A stretch of 64,000 nt of DNA, taken from a virus. Of this stretch, positions 8,449 through 18,902 are shown in pieces. The notes beneath the pieces were generated by a model. That model was not told where the DNA came from. It saw only the letters and a program-made list of their open reading frames with translations, and ran no database searches. Numbering within the stretch: position 1 is the stretch's first letter; each line of letters starts with the position of its first letter. The translations under genes were made by a program, and so were the position numbers. The stretch lies in the IMG/VR virus record IMGVR_UViG_3300012313_000001. One strand, given 5' to 3'.

Positions 8449-9099
8449 TCACAGATTGCTGATCATTGCATCCATGACAGACGAAGGAAGCAGGGAATGG
8501 AAACGAGTTTCAGACAGTCCCTCAACAGTCAAGCCACACTTCACATGGAACTCGTCCTTGACGATCAGCACGCAATAGAAGACCATCTTGACAGAGACTT
8601 CACGGTAGTAATCGTCATCATCGTCCCGCATTGCTGCTTTGGCATCAGATTCAGAGACGGTCTCGTAATCATTCACGTCCACGATGTACAGATCATCAAG
8701 GTTGAAGTACAGGGGAGGAATAGAGCCACCCCAACGATTCAGCATATGTGAGACGTTGTGATCCACAGGTTCCATGAGGCGAGCAATGTCATCATTGTAT
8801 TCATATGCGCTCAGATGTGATGCATACTTGAACTGATCGTTATCCCTGATGAGATCCTTCAAGCCCTCAAACGAGAGGAACAGACGCTTCTCGATAGCGT
8901 TCTCAAGATTGTCACGAGTCAGGAACTTGATGTTCTTGTTGGCCTTCAGAGCCTTGCGCAGAGCCGAATCACGAGCCTTGGTGACATACTTCTCTGCCTC
9001 CTCGCGCGTATCGAAACGCTTGTGACCCTTCTTGTCCTTCATCTTCGAGTTCACGATGCTGAACGTGTTCTCGTTCACCTGAATGTACTTCTCAGCCAT
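8449..9099 (-). CDS. Hypothetical protein, paralog of 7669-8262
   Basis: AAGGAG RBS, shared motifs, own promoter. Confidence 0.8.
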   Translation of the reverse strand: MAEKYIQVNENTFSIVNSKMKDKKGHKRFDTREEAEKYVTKARDSALRKALKANKNIKFLTRDNLENAIEKRLFLSFEGLKDLIRDNDQFKYASHLSAYEYNDDIARLMEPVDHNVSHMLNRWGGSIPPLYFNLDDLYIVDVNDYETVSESDAKAAMRDDDDDYYREVSVKMVFYCVLIVKDEFHVKCGLTVEGLSETRFHSLLPSSVMDAMISNL

Positions 9100-9155
9100 G
9101 ATTCTCTCCTTGAGATTTTATGATCTTGGGTTATTACCTTGACATGATGCTTCTA

Positions 9156-9184
9156 CTCTACCATGGGGGACGCTCCAATGTCAA
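9156..9184 (-). promoter_or_regulatory. Promoter carrying GGAGCGTCCC in its spacer
   Basis: Minus strand TTGACAttGGAGCGTCCCccatggTAGAGT; same arrangement at about 8290-8319 and 9944-9973. Confidence 0.75.
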
Positions 9185-9190
9185 GATGAT

Positions 9191-9478
9191 TCAGCAGTAC
9201 GTCCACTCATTGTTGCACTCCACGCAAACACGGCGCACGCCGTCTGGTGCCTGCCAATCAACGCCATCGAGAATCTCATCATGGGAGACAGGGAATCCCT
9301 TCTGATCCACAGCATTGATGATGTAACTATTCCACGACTCGCACTCGTAACAGAACCTCTCTGCACAGTAGTCCTCGTAGCAGACCTCACAGACGCTACG
9401 ATCCAGATGCTCTTCCCGCTGAACATCGCCCATATCACCACAGTCATCGCACGTAGCGGAATTGCTCTTGATGGTCAT
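9191..9478 (-). CDS. Cys-rich zinc-finger-like protein
   Basis: Four CxxC pairs in 95 aa. Confidence 0.7.
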   Translation of the reverse strand: MTIKSNSATCDDCGDMGDVQREEHLDRSVCEVCYEDYCAERFCYECESWNSYIINAVDQKGFPVSHDEILDGVDWQAPDGVRRVCVECNNEWTYC

Positions 9479-9505
9479 GTCTTCCTCTCCCCGTCCAACC
9501 GTTTA

Positions 9506-9904
9506 TCAAGCATCCATGATGGACAACAGACGCTGTTCAACAAGGAGATTTTCAATAGCAAGAATAGTGATCTTGCTGATGTATTCACTCTTGACGTACT
9601 TCACGTCATCAGTGGTAACCTCACCAATGATGAAGGACATAGCCTTGGGTCCGACCTCCCACTTGTCAGCAGTGTCGTACTTCACACATGACCCGTACAT
9701 CTCAACATATCGATGAAGCCCAAACGTGTGATAGCGATGAGCAGGAGTCTCATCAGAGTAGTAAGCCGCCATCGTATCGATCACGTCAAGTCGGATATCC
9801 TCAAGAATGTAAGAGGGGACAGGAGCATACGGTGTCAGAGGATCAGCGTTACGGTAAGCATCCTCAAAAGCCTTCTTGCTGATCGCGTCGTGAATCGAAT
9901 CCAT
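9506..9904 (-). CDS. Hypothetical protein
   Basis: ORF with GAGGA RBS and upstream promoter. Confidence 0.7.
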   Translation of the reverse strand: MDSIHDAISKKAFEDAYRNADPLTPYAPVPSYILEDIRLDVIDTMAAYYSDETPAHRYHTFGLHRYVEMYGSCVKYDTADKWEVGPKAMSFIIGEVTTDDVKYVKSEYISKITILAIENLLVEQRLLSIMDA

Positions 9905-10079
9905 GGTTTCTTCCTCTCAGAATTGGTTTCTACTGTTACTGGAACTGTACCACAAGGGACGCTCCCTGCGCAAGAAGAGAAACCACACGCATGGTAGGGG
10001 ACACAAGGTACCACAAAGCACAGCGCTCTCAGATCGCACAAAGAATCATGCAACCTGAGAGCACTACACCCTATCAGGG

Positions 10080-10676
10080 TCAGGCAATGGTGCGACGCGC
10101 GATAGCAATCACCATAGCCGTCAGAGCATCGTGGAACTCCTTGTTCTCCTCGTTGTTCCACTGATACTCCATAGCGTTCACGAGATCTTTAGTATCAGCG
10201 TTCTTGAACCGCTCCATCTCTTCATCCGTGAGAGCCATACCAGCGCTACCATTAAAGATCTCGTCAAGAATGAAAAGAATGAAATCGACATTGATATCCA
10301 GAATCGAATTGTCCCGCATCAGATTCTTGACACGATCCTTCTCGCTGACCTTGCCGCCGTACTTCTGCACCGACTCATCACCATCAGGGAAGCGAACACG
10401 AACCTCGATACCATCCGTAATGCCCTCAATGGACTCAATGAACTCCTCAAGGTTGAAGTCAGCAGTATCGCCATAACCGCCATACTCCATCTCGTAACCC
10501 GTCTCCTCCGAAGAGGAAGCAAGTTCGAAATCCGACTCCTCATCCAGATCAAGAGCACTCATCAGAGCGTCCTTGAGCGAGTCCTCCTCGTGCTCAAGGG
10601 CCTTGAAGATGTCCTTCGTCGTCTTGCCCTCCTTGAGAGCGAACTTAACCTTGTAGTTCTTGAAATCAGCCATCAT
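10080..10676 (-). CDS. Acidic hypothetical protein
   Basis: AAGGAG RBS, D/E-rich. Confidence 0.75.
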   Translation of the reverse strand: MMADFKNYKVKFALKEGKTTKDIFKALEHEEDSLKDALMSALDLDEESDFELASSSEETGYEMEYGGYGDTADFNLEEFIESIEGITDGIEVRVRFPDGDESVQKYGGKVSEKDRVKNLMRDNSILDINVDFILFILDEIFNGSAGMALTDEEMERFKNADTKDLVNAMEYQWNNEENKEFHDALTAMVIAIARRTIA

Positions 10677-10788
10677 GTTCTCCTTGATCGAATGTGTTCT
10701 TGGTAGTGATCACCTTACCCTGCATCGTGATCAGCGTCAAGGTGAAGACCACACAGAAAAGGGACACAAGATGAGTGAGTAAGACATG

Positions 10789-11241
10789 TCACATGAAAAT
10801 CTTGTCCAAAGACTTCCTATAATTCAACTCTCGCTCCACTGTAGTCCACTGTGCAGCAGGCAGGTTGGTATCCCTCACACGATCAAAGGTTGCCCCTGCC
10901 TTACTATCCTCAACGTTCTTCAGCACGTACTCCTCGTATCTCTGCGCCAACTGCCACAGGTGGTACTTGGAGACAGCCAACGACAGAGCACGCGGGTTCA
11001 GCACATGCGAAGAGTTCAAGGTCTCAGGGTCACTTAAGAATGACTGCACTTTGTTCAATTCGTGCTCATCGAAAACAGATGACCACATGGCCTTATTCGC
11101 CACACGAGCATTCTTGTTCAGGTAAACGACATAGGCAAAACGAATTAAATTATCCTTGACCTCATTGTCGTTGATTACAGTGTCAACATAATGCGACCCA
11201 ATATCCATTGGCATTCTTTCCTCTATCATGGTGTCCTCCAT
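10789..11241 (-). CDS. Hypothetical protein
   Basis: ORF co-oriented with neighbours. Confidence 0.65.
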   Translation of the reverse strand: MEDTMIEERMPMDIGSHYVDTVINDNEVKDNLIRFAYVVYLNKNARVANKAMWSSVFDEHELNKVQSFLSDPETLNSSHVLNPRALSLAVSKYHLWQLAQRYEEYVLKNVEDSKAGATFDRVRDTNLPAAQWTTVERELNYRKSLDKIFM

Positions 11242-11380
11242 TGTGATTTTATTGAACTTTCAAAAGCACTATAACACACCAATGATGAAGATACAAAAGG
11301 AACCATAGGGACACAGTACAAAGACAACGATAAAGATGCACTAAGGACAACCTTATCGAGAACCGCGTGTAGCACCTAGA

Positions 11381-11872
11381 TCAGTGATACAACGGCTTGC
11401 TGATCTTGTGCGCGGACAGAAGAGGACGCTCCACGTGCTTACGGGCGAAATCCACAGGCAGACGGCTCTGCAGGGAGAACGTCTGCATCTGATCCCACGT
11501 CAGGTCAGAAGACTGAATGGCACCATAGGCATCCTTGCGATACACCTTGCCATAGAGGCGACCGTTGCCAGAGCGGATAATGCGGACGTAGCCACCGTTC
11601 ACCGCGTGGTACCCCACCTTGCCGTCATTGTCAGCCTTGCCAGCATCGTTGTCAGGGAGGCGAAGCATCTGATGGATGAGGGTATCAGCACGAGCAGAAG
11701 TCAGCGTCTTGTTCTGCCAGTGCTCATTCATGGCATCCACCCACGACTGGGGGACGCTCTTCTCCTGACGCAACTGCATGATGAACTCAAACTGAGCAAG
11801 GGTCAGGCCGTTATCATGCATCTGTCGGATACGGTCAGGCGTGTTCACCTGCTTCATCTGGTTGCTCATCAT
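11381..11872 (-). CDS. Hypothetical protein
   Basis: AAGGAG RBS and upstream promoter. Confidence 0.7.
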   Translation of the reverse strand: MMSNQMKQVNTPDRIRQMHDNGLTLAQFEFIMQLRQEKSVPQSWVDAMNEHWQNKTLTSARADTLIHQMLRLPDNDAGKADNDGKVGYHAVNGGYVRIIRSGNGRLYGKVYRKDAYGAIQSSDLTWDQMQTFSLQSRLPVDFARKHVERPLLSAHKISKPLYH

Positions 11873-12006
11873 GTTCTCCTTCGTGGATGTGGTCATGCTT
11901 TCTGAGACCAGCGTAGAGCAAGGGTGTCTCCTTTGTCAACATGATCACCAGAAACGAAATCCCCCTCAGTGCATGACACCAAGGGGGACACAGAATGTTT
12001 GATTGA

Positions 12007-12690
12007 TCAGTTCAAGAAAGCACTGATGGTATCTACTGTCATACCGAATTCATTCACACTGGCGGTTCCTACAGTTAAAGCAATTATGAAGAGGATCAGC
12101 ATAGCAAAGACGAACAACAATCCAATAGTTCCGAGAGCACCAAGGATAATAGAAATGATCAACATTGTCTTGGATTCAGATGTCCAATTAACATCCGTCC
12201 TGTCATTTATTTCCTTGACACCTTTAGCACCCATCCAGAGCGCAAACGGGGACGTGACATAAACAAACAATCCTACGATACTCAACACCAAAGCAAGCAC
12301 CGCGTTCTTGTGTGTAGTAGGCTGAACGTTTGGAATAGATGACTGATACCTGTTCTCAGGTGGGACTGAATACCTATCACTCGTAGGCGCGAAAGGGCCA
12401 TAGGCAAATGAAGATCCACCATAAGCCGGACCTTGTGATGGCTCTGGGATTACATTCTCGTGATTCATTGTTCCCTGATCTTCGTGAGAACCTGTAGTGT
12501 ACGTGGGGACACTCTGTTCTGTTCCTGTGCTTGAATAAGGATCAGAATTGAGATTGTCCTCGTTGCTTTTTGCAGGATTATTCAGTCTAGATTCAGTCAG
12601 GGGATCATAGTAATTAATCTGCTCCTCAGATCCAGAATTGCTCTGTGGGTCTTCTGGTATAAGCGGGTTATCATTGGGTGTATTGGTCAT
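12007..12690 (-). CDS. DUF4190-like membrane protein
   Basis: Disordered P/S/N-rich N-terminus, then NAVLALVLSIVG..ALWMGAKGVKEI..IISIILG two-TM pattern typical of the actinobacterial family. Confidence 0.65.
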   Translation of the reverse strand: MTNTPNDNPLIPEDPQSNSGSEEQINYYDPLTESRLNNPAKSNEDNLNSDPYSSTGTEQSVPTYTTGSHEDQGTMNHENVIPEPSQGPAYGGSSFAYGPFAPTSDRYSVPPENRYQSSIPNVQPTTHKNAVLALVLSIVGLFVYVTSPFALWMGAKGVKEINDRTDVNWTSESKTMLIISIILGALGTIGLLFVFAMLILFIIALTVGTASVNEFGMTVDTISAFLN

Positions 12691-12801
12691 AGCAACCTCC
12701 TATTAATGTGACTATGACCAATATCTCTATTTGCCTCTGCCTATTCTAAAAATCACCATCCCAATCGCTCATGAAATGGGATGCTCAACCTATGGGGACG
12801 C

Positions 12802-13611
12802 TCAATCAATCAAACGCGGCTGCTCAAGATAGCGGCTATGGTCTGTTCGAGAACCGTCATCGTTGAACATGTCGCTCATGTCTGGTTTCAGACCACGCTG
12901 AGTGAACGCCTCTGCCTGATCATTCAAGTACTCCGGGCCATCCCCTGTCACGTATCCCAGACCTCCCATGAGGGAAGCATCCTCTTCAGGTGTGACCTCC
13001 GTTTCGAGGATCTGATCAGATTCCCCCATGCTCATGGTATGAACCTTGAAAGTCTCAGTCTGGTTATCGAAATAAAACCTGTGACCTGTGTTGCCCATGC
13101 GGATCAATTCTGATCCCGTCGATCTGGCCGTAGACCCGAATAAACGCGCCATAGTGTCCACATCGATCTGCCTCCGCTCATGAGGCTGTCTGAACTCGAT
13201 CTCCACCGTCTTCTCATCAGGACTCAAAGACAAGAAAGCGTGCTCTACGGCCCCTGTCGTCGTCTTCAGGGACGCTCCATCAGGAAAGGAGACCTCGATC
13301 ATGGAGGGATCTTGAGGATCATTCTCAGCATAACCGCTAGGCCAGTACTTCATAATGTAGCCATTGTGCTCTGCAAGGCGAATCGGCGCTTCTGGGTTCG
13401 TTGCATCATCGCTCTCCACAAGATCAGACACCTGTTCTGATGCATTTTGAGAACTCACATCCTGTGTGTTCTCACTACCACTCATGGCTGGATTATGATC
13501 GTTGTGAATAGTGGTTTTAGCCACCTCAAGGGAACTCAATCCGAAGAGGAAGGCCAATCCCGCAATAGTGGTCATTGTCTTCGTCTTTTCGAATGTCAGT
13601 CTGTTACTCAT
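12802..13611 (-). CDS. Secreted or membrane-anchored hypothetical protein
   Basis: N-terminal hydrophobic segment. Confidence 0.65.
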   Translation of the reverse strand: MSNRLTFEKTKTMTTIAGLAFLFGLSSLEVAKTTIHNDHNPAMSGSENTQDVSSQNASEQVSDLVESDDATNPEAPIRLAEHNGYIMKYWPSGYAENDPQDPSMIEVSFPDGASLKTTTGAVEHAFLSLSPDEKTVEIEFRQPHERRQIDVDTMARLFGSTARSTGSELIRMGNTGHRFYFDNQTETFKVHTMSMGESDQILETEVTPEEDASLMGGLGYVTGDGPEYLNDQAEAFTQRGLKPDMSDMFNDDGSRTDHSRYLEQPRLID

Positions 13612-13710
13612 GATGCTTCTTTCTTTTAATACACAGGGGGAGAAAACAAGAATGCTTCCAGATTGAGGATTGATCTGGAAGCATTCTATCACTCTTGTCA
13701 CGTAAAAAGA

Positions 13711-13980
13711 TCACACACTCGTGGCAACCTTGGAGTTCTGTGTAGACTTGAACTTGTTCAGGTAGTTGAGAACGTCCTCAAGGTCATACCCCACATTGAC
13801 AGAGTACGTATAAGTCACACTGATCTGGGCCTTCATAGGCGAAGTGGTAGCGTCGTACCCACTGACAGCAGCCTCAAGTCCCCACTTGTTGCTGATGAAA
13901 TGAGCAATACCCTCTGCCTCATCAGGTGTAGCAACAACGGTGAATACGGTAGTGGTCTTTTCGTTGTTCTGACCGCTCAT
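13711..13980 (-). CDS. Hypothetical protein
   Basis: AAGGAG RBS. Confidence 0.7.
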   Translation of the reverse strand: MSGQNNEKTTTVFTVVATPDEAEGIAHFISNKWGLEAAVSGYDATTSPMKAQISVTYTYSVNVGYDLEDVLNYLNKFKSTQNSKVATSV

Positions 13981-14109
13981 GTGCGTTCTCCTTCTATTGT
14001 TTCATTGTTACATCAGTTCGCACTGAATGCATTGATTGGTACATTTTTGCTTGACACATGTATTGTGTCAAAGGTCGGCTCAAAAGTCAAGTTTTGAGGA
14101 TAATATCGT

Positions 14110-14445
14110 TCACGACTTCATTCTATCATAAATTGCTGTGATTTCAGCAAGATTCTTAGGCGCTCGGTATACGGGACGCTCAGGAACCACATTGGATGCT
14201 GTCATCATCGTCGCCTGAGAGGTGATATGCCAACGCTTGCACAGGTTGCACTCATACACCCTCATGGGCTTATCTACGCGTGCGCTTACAAGGAAGATCT
14301 TGGCATCCATGGAAGTGTCCCATGCTTGCTTACCTGAAGCACACACCTTCTTGCGTGCTGACACCAAATCGTCCCTTTTGGGCTTTCCTACAGGGTTGCG
14401 CGCTCTACGCACCTTGCTATTCATTCGCTTCTTCTGAGGAACCAC
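14110..14445 (-). CDS. Basic zinc-binding phage protein
   Basis: CxSGK..RVYECNLCKRWHITS motif; GAAAGG RBS. Confidence 0.7.
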   Translation of the reverse strand: MVPQKKRMNSKVRRARNPVGKPKRDDLVSARKKVCASGKQAWDTSMDAKIFLVSARVDKPMRVYECNLCKRWHITSQATMMTASNVVPERPVYRAPKNLAEITAIYDRMKS

Positions 14446-14555
14446 AATCTCTTCCTTTCTTAATTGTTTGGACAGATGAGCATCGGATAAAGGTTATTGT
14501 ACTCGTTGGTCACTTGTGTATCCTGAAGTGACCAACGAGTACAGGAATCAGATTA

Positions 14556-14882
14556 TCAACGCTGGCGGAAACGCTTGAACACCTTGATGGAGATGGAAGC
14601 ACACACCACAAACAAAGCCATCAAGACGCCCATATAAGCCACAATCTGAATCAAAACGCTCTCAGTGACACCACCCACAAAGATCAGGGCGATGAAGAAT
14701 CCAAGGAGTACCAAAGACTGCTTGGAAGGCCCCAGAGAACGGAACAAACTCTCCTTAGGCTCCACTACCACAGCAGGGGCTTGGGGATCATAAGCGATAG
14801 GCGGGGACGTGACAGGATCGTGATCATCCGTCACATCATCAGCGCTCTCATGACTGTCGATGTAATCGTTGTCTTCACGCAT
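14556..14882 (-). CDS. Two-TM membrane protein
   Basis: Two hydrophobic helices. Confidence 0.7.
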   Translation of the reverse strand: MREDNDYIDSHESADDVTDDHDPVTSPPIAYDPQAPAVVVEPKESLFRSLGPSKQSLVLLGFFIALIFVGGVTESVLIQIVAYMGVLMALFVVCASISIKVFKRFRQR

Positions 14883-14884
14883 GA

Positions 14885-15097
14885 TCAGATGTCCGACTTT
14901 CGAAAATCATTGACATCGGTGTAAAGGCTACGACACTGAATGAAGAGCCACGTCAGCCCGGTCACGATACCCACAACCCCGACAAGGGCGTTGCCACCCG
15001 TGACCATCCACAGCAGAGCGAGGAAGCCAGTTGCGTACATCAGGGGATCGCTCTTCTCCCATGTCTTGTCCTTGAGGACATCGTACTCCATCTTCAT
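14885..15097 (-). CDS. Small membrane protein
   Basis: GAAAGG RBS, two hydrophobic helices. Confidence 0.65.
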   Translation of the reverse strand: MKMEYDVLKDKTWEKSDPLMYATGFLALLWMVTGGNALVGVVGIVTGLTWLFIQCRSLYTDVNDFRKSDI

Positions 15098-15400
15098 GAT
15101 CTTTCCTTTCTCGGTTCTTTGTACTGCCAACTGTCTCAAGACTACAACATGCTTCCCACGAATGCAAGATGGAGTTCAATAAGAATCAGCCATGAATAGG
15201 ATTTAACCTCGCACTCTACAGGGAATTAAAACCACAGGGACGCTCCATGTATGACCAGAGGCATCAGTCGAGAGCATGTGCCACATGTCAAGAGCGTCAG
15301 AATGCGTTCTAAGGGTGCAAATTGATCCTAGGCGACCAGTTGTGCCATCAGCCCTCACAAGGCTGTCAGGGGGCAGCACAGCGCCCGCTGACAGCATTCA

Positions 15401-15443
15401 TAGTGGTGCCCTCCTTGCATCGTGAGCAAGGAGGGCACCACTA
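15401..15443. terminator. Hairpin after the ArdA-like gene
   Basis: TAGTGGTGCCCTCCTTGC/GCAAGGAGGGCACCACTA inverted repeat. Confidence 0.75.
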
Positions 15444-15458
15444 CATGCTACTACCAGA

Positions 15459-15851
15459 TCAGACGACGTTGGGGTTGAAGTAGTAACCGTTGCTCTCAAT
15501 GTAATCGGCCATCAGAGCCTCCCCCATAGCCTTGAAGTTGAGGAAGTCAGCCCACCACTCATTCGGCTCAGAGCACGCACGCTCGAACTCGTCACGAGCG
15601 AAATCAGTATGCGAAGAGTACTGACCCATGTAAGCATTCTGGCAACGCTTGTTCTCAGCGCGAAGATCCTCCATGGTCTCGATCTCACGAGTACCCATGA
15701 GGTCCAGATACGCATCCAGCACGGAAGCATCCTCGAACTGGTACTCGAACTCAGCAGGCAGTTCGCCGTCCTCGTCCATGATCTGAGTGAACAGATCGCT
15801 CACAGTGCCATCGAACTCGATGGTCTCACCGTAGTAATCGAAAGTCTTCAT
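15459..15851 (-). CDS. ArdA-like antirestriction protein (C-terminal part)
   Basis: Acidic; YMGQYSSHTDFA..DFLNFKAMGEAL..NGYYF; start MKTFDYY after AAGGAG. Confidence 0.65.
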   Translation of the reverse strand: MKTFDYYGETIEFDGTVSDLFTQIMDEDGELPAEFEYQFEDASVLDAYLDLMGTREIETMEDLRAENKRCQNAYMGQYSSHTDFARDEFERACSEPNEWWADFLNFKAMGEALMADYIESNGYYFNPNVV

Positions 15852-16047
15852 GGTCTCTCCTTGAAAAGATGATCTTGTGGTTTCTGCGTACAAGTACAGA
15901 GTAGACGACTCCTGCCTGTCTGTCAACCTGCGCCCATGGGTTGGGAGGTCACAATGGCTGCATCTGAACAACAGGGGACACAAGATATGGATTAAATCTG
16001 AAGGGTGACTTGCATGACGATCACGCAAGTCACCCTTCAATCAGGCA

Positions 16048-16512
16048 TCAGGCTGCGAAAACGTAAACCCCGTCGTGATCAGCGCTCTTGGCGATCAAGT
16101 ACTCACTTCTAAGGTGCTCCCGTCCATAGTCCTCCCAATCGATCTGATCCCCAAGACCTTCAGGGACGCTCTCATGGTTGGTTCGATAGTTCGCCTCGGC
16201 AAACTCAGCAAGCCCGCTGAACTTGCCATAGAAACGCGCGTTCATCTCCTCTTCCAGATCTCCCAGCGTTTCCGTATCGGAGGGATTGAAACTGCTCACC
16301 TTCTCGATGTAGAGATCAATGACTTCGAAAGGGAACTTCCACAGATCAACACCAGTCAGGGCGGTGAAGTCAGCGGAGGACTTGATGTTCTGATCGAGAT
16401 CAACGATCTTGGTCATGAGATCACTCATGATGCCATCGTGCTCAATGCTCATGGAAACAGTGTTGCCGTCAGCGTCAGTGTACGTGTGGTTGAAAGGACT
16501 GCGAAGCATCAT
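16048..16512 (-). CDS. ArdA-like antirestriction protein
   Basis: FYGKFSGLAEFAE..VPEGLGDQIDWEDYGRE..GVYVF. Confidence 0.7.
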   Translation of the reverse strand: MMLRSPFNHTYTDADGNTVSMSIEHDGIMSDLMTKIVDLDQNIKSSADFTALTGVDLWKFPFEVIDLYIEKVSSFNPSDTETLGDLEEEMNARFYGKFSGLAEFAEANYRTNHESVPEGLGDQIDWEDYGREHLRSEYLIAKSADHDGVYVFAA

Positions 16513-16707
16513 GGCGCTCTCCTTTAAAGATGCGTTCTGTCTTGGTTGTCTTCATGCTACAGATGGTGCTTCCATATGTCAACCTTGGTGTCAAAAATGA
16601 TTGGTGTCGTGGTTGGGGGACACAGTTTAAAAGCAGCAGATGCTTTCTTGGTGTCAAGAACGCAGTAGGGAGGATGGCATGATAACCATCCTCCCTACTG
16701 CTGAGAA

Positions 16708-17163
16708 TCAGTTGTTGCGGAAGTAGTAGTTAGTACCGTCGTACTCCACCACAATGGAATCCTGCGTGTAGTCCTCGCCCATGGAATCCCAGTCGATATA
16801 ATTTTCCAGCTCCTCATCGGGGTTGCCGTAGACGCTACGAAAGAAGTCCTCTGCGAAGTCCGCGTGAGAGCCAAAAGAGCCCTGATAGGAATTATCAGCA
16901 GAATCAAAGAAGTCCTCAAGATCCTCAAGGTTCTCGATGTGTGAAGAGTAGGCATCGTTATTGTACTCGTTGTAGACATCCATGGGAAGGTTGGTGACAG
17001 TGAAACCAGCCATGATCTCAAAGTCGTCAATGTCCTCAACCCCGTCCCACTGCTCTACGATCTTCGGCATGAGATCGGTCAGGGTGCCGTCATAGGTGAT
17101 TTCCTTGACAACATCCTCATCAATGTTCTCATCGACGTACTCAAGGGTGAACGTGGAACTCAT
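16708..17163 (-). CDS. ArdA-like antirestriction protein
   Basis: Very acidic; YQGSFGSHADFAE..LENYIDWDSMGED..YYFRN. Confidence 0.72.
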   Translation of the reverse strand: MSSTFTLEYVDENIDEDVVKEITYDGTLTDLMPKIVEQWDGVEDIDDFEIMAGFTVTNLPMDVYNEYNNDAYSSHIENLEDLEDFFDSADNSYQGSFGSHADFAEDFFRSVYGNPDEELENYIDWDSMGEDYTQDSIVVEYDGTNYYFRNN

Positions 17164-17309
17164 GGTCTTCCTCCTGTGGAATATTGTGAACTCTGTGGTC
17201 TTCGTGACCTTGTGGAACCATAGTACGCACATGGCGTTTCAGATGTCAAGTCGGCAAGGGACGCTCCATTAAGTTGAGGTTCGAGGATCAGGAGGGGACA
17301 CACAATCGA

Positions 17310-18269
17310 TCACTCCTGATCCTCGATCCTCTTCATCTCCTCGTCAAAGCGCTCCATCTCATCTACAGGCGTCTTAAGAATCAGAGAGTCCAGTGTCTTC
17401 TTGCTCTGCTCCATGACAGCGTTCTTTTGCTCTTGCTCCTGCTTCTTCCTTTCAGCAGCCTTCTCACGCAGCAACTGCTCATGGGTTGCCATGTGCATGC
17501 TCATCCATGTCAGCCATGAGCAATAGAAGAAGAATACCTTCTTATCATCCTCGTCATAGGAGTCAGGGATAAGGAAGAACCTGTTCTTCTGGATGATGAA
17601 ATTGGAGCCATTAGACTCCATAATGAAGTCAAATCTATCCCCGTTTCGAAGCATAGGAGTCTTCTGGGGAAGATGGGTCAGGTAGTGCGTCTCCGTGAGG
17701 AAAGCATGCACCACATCGCTGACATACTTCATCATTTCTTCAGTGCTGTTAAACTTAAGGTTTTTGTAGGGAGTATTTTTAGGATAACCTCGGTCAACGC
17801 TAATAGAATGAAGGACGTTAATCCTACTGTTCATACTGTAAGACAGGATGAATCGATCAGGGTTCTTCTCTTCCAGAAGAGAAACGATCATCAAACTATC
17901 TTTATAATACAAATTATTGTTATGATACTTCACTTCCCACTTATAGCCAGGCACAGGGGGAAACATATTGTCTACCAACTCGATCACTTCATTGCTGATA
18001 TCCTCCAACTGCTTAGGCTGCTTAGACTGTTCCACCTCTCTCAGATCTTTAGTAGAAAAGAAATACAGCACTGAAAGAATGATTGTTGAGATCAAGAACC
18101 ACATGGCTTCAGGCATGATAAAAATACTGATGGCGCTGATGCTTGATGCAATAAACATTATCCCCATGATAATCGTATTAATTTTGATTTCGCTCTTGTC
18201 AGACGTTGCTGGCATGGCGTCATACTGCACAAAACGAGCAACTTCATTCTTCATCTCATCGTTTTTCAT
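17310..18269 (-). CDS. Membrane protein with C-terminal coiled coil
   Basis: Two N-terminal TM segments, E/K-rich tail. Confidence 0.7.
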   Translation of the reverse strand: MKNDEMKNEVARFVQYDAMPATSDKSEIKINTIIMGIMFIASSISAISIFIMPEAMWFLISTIILSVLYFFSTKDLREVEQSKQPKQLEDISNEVIELVDNMFPPVPGYKWEVKYHNNNLYYKDSLMIVSLLEEKNPDRFILSYSMNSRINVLHSISVDRGYPKNTPYKNLKFNSTEEMMKYVSDVVHAFLTETHYLTHLPQKTPMLRNGDRFDFIMESNGSNFIIQKNRFFLIPDSYDEDDKKVFFFYCSWLTWMSMHMATHEQLLREKAAERKKQEQEQKNAVMEQSKKTLDSLILKTPVDEMERFDEEMKRIEDQE

Positions 18270-18437
18270 AAAAATCACCCTATACCATATTTCCTGTGAT
18301 TTCAACCTTCATTCAAAGGGTTCAATTGAGGTCACATGAATGCCTCATGCCCCTACATCAATCATGAGAAGCCCCAAATGCGGCGCGATGACATTGTACG
18401 CATCGCGCCGCACTTGAGCAGTTTCCTACACACCCCA

Positions 18438-18815
18438 TCAATCCAGCGGGTAGGTCTCACCTGACTCGGCATGCCCGTCGTAGACAGCAGCATCATTCAC
18501 GTTCACACGAATTCGAGGATCATCCTCGCACTCAGTGGTATCGATCTGGACGACGAACTTGCAGTCATCAACATCGGAGCGGTAGATGGTCAGCGAAGCC
18601 TTGGTGAGCGGATCAAAGATCACGAAGTTCTCCGTCAGGTTCATGTTCTCCTCATGGTCGAGGTCATCGGAAGAATCATCGACAAGCGTTCCCACGCTGA
18701 AGACATCTTCGACAGGCTGGGTCACCATCTCGTCCTCCACCTCATCGTGGTAAACGAACTCAGCGTTGGCAGTGCTCATCTGGAACAGGGGGACGTTCTC
18801 GAACTTCGCGGCCAT
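18438..18815 (-). CDS. Acidic hypothetical protein
   Basis: GAGGAG RBS before MAAKFEN. Confidence 0.7.
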   Translation of the reverse strand: MAAKFENVPLFQMSTANAEFVYHDEVEDEMVTQPVEDVFSVGTLVDDSSDDLDHEENMNLTENFVIFDPLTKASLTIYRSDVDDCKFVVQIDTTECEDDPRIRVNVNDAAVYDGHAESGETYPLD

Positions 18816-18902
18816 GTTTCTCTCCTCTAAAGGGTTGATAGTCTCGGGTGATCCCTTGACGTGGTACACACAGGCTACAGGAGTAGGGCCGATCATGTCA
18901 AC

